The notes beneath the pieces are model-generated. The model saw only the letters and a program-made list of their open reading frames with translations, searched no databases and was not told where the DNA came from. DNA of 13,699 nucleotides from Zygophlyctis sp. KS116 (Eukaryota; Fungi; Chytridiomycota): positions 1-13,699 of the forward strand of contig BAAFSQ010000267.1 of assembly GCA_054661495.1 (NCBI GenBank), read 5' to 3'. This document shows, one piece after another, positions 1-8,719 of the stretch. Each line of letters opens with the position of its first letter. Within the stretch, counting starts at the first letter, position 1. A program made the position numbers and the translations under genes.

Positions 1-99
1 CACATTAATTGTTTCTTGCGCTTCTTCAATAAAAGGAAAAATCATTCTTTGCAGACTTTGAGGCGGGTCTATTTCAGATATTTTTCGGACACTTGGACT
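1..99 (+). pseudogene. Mutator/MULE-like transposase remnant, part left of the LINE insertion
   Basis: Translates ...RRVYFRYFSDTWT (W at 94-96). Removing the LINE joins it in frame to 3499 onward, giving YFRYFSDTW-TFDHEIED-WNIS...RTNNRCESYN, a YF..TW-x8-WN...RTNN.E motif recognised from MULE-type transposase C-terminal regions. Confidence 0.55.
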
Positions 100-114
100 T
101 TTTTTTTTTTTTTT
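99..114 (-). repeat. Poly(A) tail of the LINE, fused to AATAAA
   Basis: 16 T on +; the minus strand reads GAAATAAAAAA... 66 nt after the ORF stop. Confidence 0.85.
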
Positions 115-180
115 ATTTCACTACTATCTATCCGCTTGGATGCTACTGGTACTGGCGGGGTAACCTCTGTGTGGGGAAGG

Positions 181-3100
181 TTAGGAATTTGGGGCACTGG
201 TGACTTCACTCTGTTGGGTGGGAAGATTTAGTCTTGTTTGAATTTTTTTTGGTGGATTGAGTTTTATTCGGATTCTTTTCGGTAAATGTAGTGTTATGCG
301 AAATTTTTTTTGTTTTGGTGGGTTGAGTTTAAGTTTGATTTTTATGGGGGGATTTGGTTTAATGCGTTTTAGTGATGGGTGGTCAGACTGGTAATCAGGC
401 GTGTGGTCTGTTGGGAGCTGCCTTTTGCGTACATGCAAAATGATTTTTGTGACATTACGTGGGGGTGCGGCTATAGTCTTTGCTTTCCTTAGGGCGGTAC
501 ATCTAGGTTTCCAAATGTGATCATATACTGTTGATAACCAGCTATCCATTGTTAACTGTAACCAGTGTTTTGTGTGCGACTTTGCAGCTTTTTCTTGGAA
601 ACGTTGTATAACAGGGGCTGTGATATAACCTTGGGCTGCTGGTGATTGGAGGAAATTGCGGAAGGGTTTGCGAGCGCCTAATAAGTATAATAATTTTTTG
701 GCCGTGGGTTTTCTTGCTGATTCCTTCAATTTTTCATATTTTTTTGTGTTGTGTAATCGCTGTTCGATGGTCTTGCAAGCCTGATGATAGAGTGCACTTG
801 TGTTTTTCTTGCAGAGAAATAGATGTTTATGATTTTCGGTATTATCCTGTTGACCTGTATGAGAACATCTCGGGCATTTCTTTGTAGGTGTATATATTTT
901 GTCTACCGAGTTCCAACGGGAAACGTTTTCAAGAAGGGGTAAGGACTGAGTTATCTGTGGTGGGTTGCATCTAACGGATTGTCTTGGTCAATTCCTTGCT
1001 GTAAGATCTTGATAGATTCGTCCAGGTTTATTGCGGGGTTGTTTAGCTTTTTGTTCAGGTGTTTGACGGTCTCCTGATAAGTTTGGGTTTGGGACTGTTT
1101 TTTAAGACTTGCGGTAGGGTATTCACTAATGATTTGAGTGTTTTTGAAAAGGAATTTTTGGGGCGAGTTATTGAAAAGGATTGTGGGAGTTGTGGCTTGT
1201 CTCGCGGCCTCCTGTGCTAGGCGGTCCACTTCTTCGTTTTTTTCATGTCCATTGTGGGCTTTTAACCATTTTATCTTCGGGGGTGTGGTAAATTGGTTGT
1301 CCAGCTCTTGGATTTGGAGGAGGATGTCGTAGTTATGGTATTTGACTATCTCCCTTGGTGTTTTTGGTTGGCGGAATGCTTCAATGCCTTCTTTGGCACC
1401 ATTGAGTCTGTATAAAGGGTGATCATTTGGTGTGGATGGCACTTTTGAAGTGCCAGGAGTATTGCGGCTAGTTCTGCCTTAGTCGATGATGCATTGTGGG
1501 AGTCTATTCGCGTCTGGAGTTGTGCGATTTTTATGTCGTTTGCCCAAAAAGTGGCTGCTGATCCGAGGTGTGTTGAGTTGGAAATTTTCTGTAGGCTTCC
1601 GTCAGTATATATTTCAATATCCTTATGTCGGTTATCTATTTTGGTGATGATTTTGGTAGTGTGGATTTTCTCTGGGTTGAGTCTGTAACGGTGGTTGTAG
1701 TCTTGAGAATTGTGGCCCGTGATGGTTTCAATTGTAAGATGGTCACATATGTGTTTCCAAAAGAATGGAGTATCTATAGGGATTTGATGGGTTTTTACGA
1801 GCTCTTCGTTCGCGTAAATTTCGGTGAGGGATTTGGTATGGATGTGATCTTGGTAGGAGAGTTTGGCGATGTCCAGGTTGAGGAAACTTAGTGTTTTTCT
1901 TTCTGCCCAGTATTGATCTGGAGGCATTTCTTTTATTATTTGGTTGACAGGATCTGGATGGTTGTTGTAGTCTATATTCAGTTCGTATTGCTGTAGTGTG
2001 TTAAGGAAAAAGCGCTTGAAGTTGCGGGGCATATTTTTTGTGATGGGTTTGCTTAGAATGTGGATTGGGCATTTGTATTTTGATGTAAGTTGGTCAAAAG
2101 CTGTGTTAACTATTTTCCCCGTGATGTTCTCACTTCGAGTAAAAACTAACATGTCGGAGATGAGAGCACTTTTGTATCTCTGTTCAAAGGACATAAGTTT
2201 TATGCCCACTGACTGATCATATATTAGAGGTGTTTTTAGTGACTTCTTGAGTGGGTATTTCTTTTTCAGAAGTTTTCTTAACTTTTTGTCTATTTGGTGT
2301 AATTGGGTTTTCGTTAGGAATATATATTGAAGTTTGTACAGTAGTTGGGGAATCAGTACTGTGTTTATTATGTGTCGGATTATGGGACCTGGAGTGCTCT
2401 TCCATTGGATGACTTGGAGTTGGGTATCAAGCTTTTGGAGTGTTTCGTGGATCGTTTTAGAGTATTTCCCATTCATTGTCCAAATTACTCCTAGAATACG
2501 CGTGGGTTGATCCGGGGGTATTATTTCTACCGTTTCATTATTGATGTGAAATGCGGTGTCAAAATTTTCTTGATTGGACAGTATTTTTGATTTGTTTGCG
2601 TTTAGAGACATGTGGTTTTGATGTAGAAAAGAGTGGATTGTGTCCAACATTCTTTGTAAAGTGGAGAGGTCATTGGTGATTGGGTGTAAATCGTCTGCGA
2701 AAGCGACTGAAGTGATATTTATATTCTAGAGTTTGTACCCTTGCAGAGATTGGAGTTGGACTAAGAGTGGGTCATAGAAAATATTCCATAGGGTGGGAGA
2801 TAGCGGGTCGCCTTGTGGGAGCCCTTTGTTGACTTCAATTTGTTGTGTTGTTCCTATTATTCTTTGGAGAATTTTATGAATCTGTTCTATGAAATTATCC
2901 GGTAGTTGGAGACGTTTTAAACTATTTTCTATGCTTTGAAATGGGACACTGTCGTAGGCTTTGCTTACATCTAAGGACGCCATATAAAGTTTGTTCATTT
3001 CTCCTTTTTTACTATTTGTGTTCGCGTGTTCTATAAGTAGACGTATGATGATAAGCGGGTCTTTGGTACTCACTCCTTTACTGAAACCAAAATTGTTTCC

Positions 3101-3498
3101 TTTGAGGAGATTGTGTTTGTATATCAGTTGTGTTAACCTATTGTTTAGCAAAGAGCTGAAGATCTTTTTAGTTGTATTTATGAGTGTAATCGGTCGGACC
3201 TCATCGAGAAGGCCAGACCATTTTTCTTTTTTAGGGAGCAAAATGACTTCAGCTTCATTTAATTTTTCTGGAAGTTCTTTCAGAGTTATAAACTGATTCA
3301 TTAAGTTGACTAGTTTTGTTACATTTGTTCCTTTGAGGAGTTTTATTATTTCATTGGTGATGTCTGACGGCCCGGCAGCTTTGCCATTGGCTAGTTGTTT
3401 GATTACTGTGGTGATCTCTGCTTCTTGAAAAGGATCCCTTATGTTAGTGTATATTTGCGGATCTATGTCATTGAGTGGGGGGTGAGTTTCTGGCGTGA
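181..3498 (-). pseudogene. LINE ORF2 remnant (RT - RNase H - CCHC - basic tail)
   Basis: Motifs: NGKAAGPSDITNE, RPITL, DVSKAYDSV, GLPQGDPLSP, FADD (2690-2701, after an in-frame TAG at 2726-2728), RILG; RNase H IYTDGS..AELAAI..YTDS, then a frameshift near 1402, WLKAHNGHEKNEEVDRLA; frameshift near 955; CPRC..HLFLC (811-876); IWKPRC. Confidence 0.9.
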
Positions 3499-3782
3499 TT
3501 TGATCATGAAATTGAAGATTGGAATATTTCAGATATTATCGGAGATGAAGGTCTAATCAATCGCACGAACAATCGATGTGAAAGTTACAACATGAGGCTT
3601 AATCGTCTTGTGAAGGATTCGCCAAATTAATGCATTTTGTTCAAGTGATTAAAGGTGAGTTTGCTTTCTTAGAAGATACTGCACAGAGTGTCAAAGACGG
3701 ACGTACGGCGCTAGGGAAGATGAAACAAGCCGTTTGGACGAAGGTCCGCATGAATTTAATTTGTTTGTCTTTTCGAAGGTAA
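3499..3782 (+). pseudogene. Mutator/MULE-like transposase remnant, part right of the LINE insertion
   Basis: FDHEIEDWNISDIIGDEGLINRTNNRCESYNMRLNRLVKDSPN, a frameshift, then HFVQVIKGE...; RTNN at 3562-3573. Confidence 0.6.
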
Positions 3783-3906
3783 AAACAAAGATATAACAGA
3801 AAGGATGAGGAGAAAAGTAAAACAAAACGTACTAAAAAGGCCTTCCAACCATCTAATTCTTTCTCCTAGTGAGCCTTAATATCTCCTAGTTAGAGGAATA
3901 TTTCAT

Positions 3907-3928
3907 TTAAGTTGATTTCAGCAACTTA
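3907..3928 (+). repeat. Left copy of a 22-bp imperfect inverted repeat; itself quasi-palindromic
   Basis: ttaagttgatttcagcaactta matches the reverse complement of 8222-8243 (ttagggtgctttcagcaactta) at 19/22, including 13 consecutive bases. Arms ttaagttg/caacttaa (to 3929) flank a 7-bp core. Confidence 0.6.
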
Positions 3929-4481
3929 AGATTTTATTCCTAAACCTTGATGGTATGCAATTTCGTGTCGATGATATTACTTACTTTTATATGTTTATTA
4001 CTTTATTATTACTCATAAGAAATAATCAACCATATAATCATATAATTAATCATATATTATTAATTTTTTATTCCATTAGAAAATGAAGAAATTGACATTT
4101 TGCCCCTTCGTTCTTCCAAAATCAAAATCAAAATTGCTGATTCGGCTGTATTCCATTGGTTTTCCAATTTCTGAATTTCTCTTTTTATTTTATGTCTTCT
4201 TGAATAAGGTTTTTTATTATCCTTATGTCACCATGAGAAATCCTTTCAATTATTAACCAATTCAACTATACTGGGCCGACCATCCCAACCTTGATGCCAT
4301 TCCCTATAAACCATCTGAATGGTTTTAAAAACTGAAGAGCTGGCCATCCTATGTATATGACGACGTCATCATTCGGTCGTTTATCATTTTTTAAAGTAAC
4401 TTTTTCGACAAAGACTTCTCCAACTTCAGTATCTGATAATGTCGAAGAATTAATCTCACTGATTTCATGTGCAGCATTTTC

Positions 4482-4627
4482 AAAAGTCTTTTGAATACTT
4501 CGAAACTTTATATTGTTTGATTCTAATTTCAGTTAGTTAAAAGAGTATACCCATTGAGACTTAAAAAGTCTTTTGAATACTTCGAAACTTTATATTGTTT
4601 GATTCTAATTTCAGTTAGTTAAAAGAG
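4482..4627. repeat. 64-bp exact direct duplication with 18-bp spacer
   Basis: 4482-4545 equals 4564-4627 (aaaagtcttttgaatac...gttaaaagag); spacer tatacccattgagactta. Confidence 0.92.
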
Positions 4628-5121
4628 CTAATTTTTTTCGTTCTCTAGATTCTTGTTGAGCCTGTATTTCCAAAAGTTGATTAAGTTTACATTCTGTTCC
4701 TGCTTTGAATACCATTCTATTATTAGAGTCATGAATTGAATATTTGATTTTTTCTTTAAAAGCAATAAAATCATATTTTGTAAAAGGTGGAAGCTGAAAT
4801 ACAGAGTATTTCGCAAAATCAGAATCCAAATAAAAAGCTGCAGCGACTTGTAGGAACGCAGGAACAACAATAGATTCAAGAATCCTAATCTAGATTGTTC
4901 ACTCGCAAAAAAAATTTCACGAATTAAACTTTGAACGTGAATAATTGAGTCTTCCACCCAAGGAAAAAGTAACTTTTCCAGTTCTTTAGGTGGATCAATA
5001 AAGTCTCGTTCTAGGTGGTGTGAAACTTCTTCTGGTTCGAAACCTGCTAATACCCGTATAACGTCAAACGGCAGCCCCCGGGCTTTATATGCACCTGAAA
5101 AAGAGTCTTGCTTCCTAACCC

Positions 5122-5432
5122 TCGCCAATGTCCGTTTGGCGGGTTGGCTTTTTATTTTTCTTTAAGATTTTTTGGCGGCAGGACACCTGATTTCTCAAAT
5201 AAGAAAAATTGGTATGATTGTTATGTTTTAGAAGGAGACAAGCAAGGAACTCAATTATCTTATAACGTACAATTTAGAAATTTAAAGGAGCAATTTATAA
5301 AACTCGATATATCTATGTCTGTTGTTCCACAGACAGGCAGGAAACGTGCAGCAGGACAAGAAAGTCTAGGAGCTAGTGCTTCAGCTGTGGATAAACATGG
5401 CCACTGGGCAACCAAATTAAGAAATGGTGCTT
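5122..5432 (+). repeat. 311-bp inverted copy of 6538-6848 (part of the recombinase A core) embedded in gene B
   Basis: Reverse complement of 6538-6848; both copies give the same translation RQCPFGGLAFYF...WATKLRNGA; 1105-bp spacer. Confidence 0.95.
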
Positions 5433-5877
5433 TCAGCCTACCCTCAAACCCAGCATCTTTTGCTTTGTTATTGGATTTTTTCACTGATTCTATCAGTTTT
5501 TTCACTTGATTTGTTCTTGGATGGGGGTTAGTATGATTTTGAAATTGGTTTTGGAAATTCTACAAATCACATATAGCTGTGACAAAACCTTGAAAAGTTT
5601 TTAAACCACACTGTATATTTGAATAATTTATATCAAGCTTTTCTAAATTTTCTAAAGTCAGGCTGCCCATATTTATATCTACATTTTAAAACTTGCATTG
5701 ATTAAATACCTTTGATTTTTGCCACCTAAGCTTTGTTTCTTCCTGCTCCTTTTTCTTTTGTTCGGAAGACTTGCGTCCTGGTTTCCTCTTAGGCAAAAAC
5801 AGAACTTCTTGCATCAAAAAAGCAAAAAGTCTTTCATTAGAGACTATTTCATTATCGTAAAAGAATTGTGACCAGGA

Positions 5878-5903
5878 CTAATAATGAGTGAAGTAGAACT
5901 GAC
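5878..5903 (-). other. 26-nt GT-AG intron in gene B
   Basis: gtcagttctacttcactcattattag; splicing gives HYK|SW, the same position as intron 7772-7798 of gene A. Confidence 0.7.
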
Positions 5904-6537
5904 CTTATAATGTTTCTGATAATGATCATAGTTTTCTCGAGTCACTTTAGACAATGTCCTGTCCTAGAATACATAGCTCTTGCTGTAAGTGCTGCATGAG
6001 TCTCCATGGTTTTTAAACCAACTGCTTGAGTCAATAATTCATATCTGGAACTTAACATTGTAGAGATTTTTTTTGTATTTTGATGGAAAAAAATTAACGC
6101 GTAGAATATGTGCAGTCACAATGCAGTTCCAGTGACAGGTTAAAAGTTATTGGTGACTGAGAAAATTTTATTTCAAATTTATCGGGGATAAAATACTGGA
6201 AGTTTAAAACTCTTTTTTGTAAAAATTGGATGATTTTTGTATTAATCTAAAGTTAAAAGCAATGCAGAATCCAGAAGAATAATTATCGACATGTAATTAA
6301 TTAGTTCGTAAACATTGTTCCTGAGTAATTAATTAATGATTACAAAAGCACCAGCCAAGTCGCTTGAATCCGGCAATTTTTTAAATTTTTCTTTTTCTGC
6401 CATTAAATCCTGAAAAACAAACTGGACTAGTTCTTCAGGTGACTCTTTGGTGGCTCTTGCAATAAAATATCCCCCCCGTTCAGGTCCAAAGCCAGCACAT
6501 ACCCTAACGGCTTCCCAAGGAACACAATGATTAGCAT

Positions 6538-6848
6538 AAGCACCATTTCTTAATTTGGTTGCCCAGTGGCCATGTTTATCCACAGCTGAAGCACTAGCTC
6601 CTAGACTTTCTTGTCCTGCTGCACGTTTCCTGCCTGTCTGTGGAACAACAGACATAGATATATCGAGTTTTATAAATTGCTCCTTTAAATTTCTAAATTG
6701 TACGTTATAAGATAATTGAGTTCCTTGCTTGTCTCCTTCTAAAACATAACAATCATACCAATTTTTCTTATTTGAGAAATCAGGTGTCCTGCCGCCAAAA
6801 AATCTTAAAGAAAAATAAAAAGCCAACCCGCCAAACGGACATTGGCGA
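6538..6848 (-). repeat. Source copy of the 311-bp inverted repeat
   Basis: Continuous with gene A on both sides; reverse complement of 5122-5432. Confidence 0.95.
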
Positions 6849-6860
6849 ACATCTTTATGC

Positions 6861-7798
6861 CTTTAAGTTATTTTTACAACTATCTACCTAACCAGTCATG
6901 TTTCTTGAATGTTCCAACATTGATTTTTCTAAGAATTAAAAAAAATACTTGGCCTACTTTTGATTTTCTCCATACCGATCTGAATAAATGAGCCCCATAT
7001 ACTCCTATATTTAGTTGTTTTTTAAAATGTACCTTCGGTTTTGAAATATTTAATGCCAATTTCTGATAAACACAAACGCCTGATGTTGTCCCCTCGACTG
7101 CAAAGTCCATAGGACAACATCAGGTCCGCGCGTAATTTCAATCCATCCTATATTCTTTACTTATCAATTTACTTACTTCACAATTCTGATTCCAATATGA
7201 ATCGCATACGTCCAAAAAAGCTATTTCTGGTACTTCATCAATCATGGTATTTTTTCCTCTGTCAATCAATAATGTTTTATCTAATTCCATTTCTTGTTTT
7301 TTTTATTTGCCAGTAATTTCTTGACAAGTTGTGGTCTGGTGGGTGCCGGACCAGATAGTCCTTTCAACTGTTATAGGTAAAATGTCAATTCCTTTATGTA
7401 ATGTTTTCCAGTGATTAACTATCGCATTTGCGTACTGTTCCAACAGAATATAGCCACACACTTTGGCTCCTGGCGGGGGTGTCGGAACCGCATCAACGAC
7501 GGAGCAATTTAATTCTGGTGTTCTATATTCTCTGGTATCCCACCATCAGCTAGATTTTTATTTGGATAATTCAGTGCCGCAGTAGATTTGCAGTAATGAA
7601 GCATCTATAGTTAGAAGGTATTTCATGGTGATTTTCTTGTGCAGCTTCCTCAATTTTTCTCTTTCTACCCCTTTTTTTTAAAGGTCTATTTTGAATTTCG
7701 CTGAGAAATCTATGCATATTATCAGCTGTAATTTCTACAGGCTCATTTGGATAATGTTTTTTTAGCCAATCCTTGTCAATAAATAATTTTATAGATAC
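6861..7798 (-). other. Five GT-AG micro-introns in gene A: 6861-6887 (27 nt), 6929-6957 (29), 7005-7032 (28), 7148-7176 (29), 7772-7798 (27)
   Basis: Each begins GTA and ends AG; removal restores contiguous Crypton motifs (NCE|DGLKLR, TEG|VYGA, KSK|KNQ, LVR|HKD, EFM|DW). Confidence 0.78.
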
Positions 7799-8221
7799 CA
7801 TGAATTCTACAACTTTTGGATCATAACACTTTCTATTATTTGCCGCAGTATAACGAATACTGGTCATATGAGTAGCTAACTTATGCCGTTGTTCTTGTAA
7901 AGAATTATCAGCAGTATTAAGAAGTATTCTTTCTGTAGCTGCACATTCTTGCGAAGGTTCTATTTCTGGAAGGTTTACTTTACTATGTATCTGAGAGTGA
8001 ATTATTTGATGCATTTTCTTAGAGTTAGGTGAGGCTGCGTGTCAAGCTCCAACCTGGTATTTCGCTAAAATATGCCACATATAAATTAGGTCGGAAAAAT
8101 TATTTGGAATATTTTTTAATTATTATGAGTCCTGGTCTGAGACCGGACACCCTAAACCGCACAAAAACTCCCACGAAATTCGCCGAAGTCTCGGACCGAA
8201 ACATTTATATTTAAATGTATA

Positions 8222-8243
8222 TAAGTTGCTGAAAGCACCCTAA
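8222..8243 (-). repeat. Right copy of the 22-bp imperfect inverted repeat
   Basis: taagttgctgaaagcaccctaa; its reverse complement is 19/22 identical to 3907-3928. Confidence 0.6.
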
Positions 8244-8244
8244 T

Positions 8245-8665
8245 TTAATCTTGCTTCGGTCGTGCGATACGCCAGTACGCATTAATTAAATTGATTCCAT
8301 TAAAATGTTCGGGTTTTAACCAATCATTCGGCAATGTAGAATCCTCCCATTATATTCATGCGATCGATCTGGTAATAGTCTATGACCAACAATTTTCTTC
8401 ACATAATAACGAGGTTCTAAACGTTGCTGTGTCAGGAGTATAAATGCGTTTCAATTGATCAGGCACTACTTATCGTTCCAATTTTTTGCCTGTCATATCT
8501 TTCAAAACATACTCCTGTCCATGTCAAGAGGTTCCATTTATAACAAAAGGTCCAACAGAATTTTCATCCTTCTTACTGACTTTAACATTTCGTAGCATAA
8601 CATAAGCATCTGCCTTAAATACACCTATAGTATTCTTTTTAGCATAATATTCTTTAATTTTTTTG
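8245..8665 (-). pseudogene. Degenerate integrase C-terminus (GPF motif + chromodomain) of an older, different element
   Basis: FKADAYVMLRN..SVGPFVI..*..YVLKDMTGKKLER*VVPDQLK, then YYVKKIVGHR..EY..WEDS..DWLKPEHFN..LINAYW; stops and frameshifts; no LTR recognised. Confidence 0.75.
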
Positions 8666-8719
8666 ATTATTTATAGTCACACAAGAGACAACACTCGAAT
8701 ACAACACATCATTCATAAT

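Larger units (their letters stand above)
99..3498 (-). mobile_element. 5'-truncated non-LTR retrotransposon (LINE) with RT, RNase H and CCHC finger
   Basis: Poly(A) tail (T16 at 99-114 on +), ~66-nt 3' UTR, LINE-type ORF2 domains and an A/C-rich coding strand. It starts abruptly at the RT N-terminus (no ORF1 or endonuclease) and interrupts another coding sequence. Confidence 0.92.
4060..6058 (-). pseudogene. Crypton-type tyrosine recombinase gene B (Ndc10-like YR + C-terminal GCR1_C-like domain), catalytic core deleted
   Basis: N-terminal half 5433-6058: TRENYDHYQKHYK|SW..VSNERLFAFLMQEV..KRKPGRK, CGLKTFQGFVTAICDL*..NPHPRTNQVKKLI. C-terminal half 4060-5121: SGAY..LPFDVIRVLAGF..PPKELEKLLFPW..GFLNLLLFLR, then TIQMVYREWHQGWDGRPSIVEL..W*..KPYSRRHKI (~4060-4325). 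Several stops and frameshifts. Confidence 0.8.
6180..8014 (-). pseudogene. Crypton-type tyrosine recombinase gene A (Ndc10-like), intron-containing, decayed
   Basis: Spliced translation: NNRKCYDPKVVEFM|DW..ITADNMHRFL..KKRGRKRK; CGYILLEQYANAIVNHWK; DRGKNTMID; GLKLRADLMLSYGLCSRGDNIRRLCLSE (putative catalytic R 7094-7096); KSK|KNQ..*LVR|HKDVRQCPFGGLAFYF; QTGR at the HxxR position; GHW; NGAY (Y 6536-6538); CAGF; ILLDSA; HPIF. In-frame TGA at 6896-6898 and frameshifts. Confidence 0.85.

Noticed and set aside
2726-2728. TAG before FADD as programmed read-through
   Set aside because: The same ORF also has two frameshifts and a 5' truncation; simple decay explains it.
642-3296. Short plus-strand ORFs opposite the LINE (and similar ones opposite pol and gag)
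   Set aside because: Antisense shadows of coding sequence with no recognisable motifs.
70-3537. 13-bp match tatttcagatatt at 70-82 and 3525-3537 as a LINE target-site duplication
   Set aside because: Neither copy abuts the element junctions, and the flanks rejoin in frame without it; probably coincidence.
5108-5509. 133-aa plus-strand ORF as an independent gene
   Set aside because: It is the inverted 311-bp fragment of gene A plus antisense sequence of gene B.
6097-6102. ACGCGT (MCB-like) box ~40 bp upstream of the gene B start
   Set aside because: A single hexamer with no exact counterpart upstream of gene A; insufficient evidence.
6180-8014. Gene A as a domesticated host centromere gene (NDC10)
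   Set aside because: In-frame stop, frameshifts and TE-nest context favour a decayed Crypton-type transposon.
8134-8197. 10-bp imperfect inverted repeat ggtctgagac/gtctcggacc upstream of gene A
   Set aside because: Short, one mismatch, and no matching structure at the other putative end.
4060-8665. RIP-like hypermutation as the cause of decay
   Set aside because: Only scattered transition-type stops; the 311-bp repeat and LTRs appear unmutated; cannot be tested without a family consensus.
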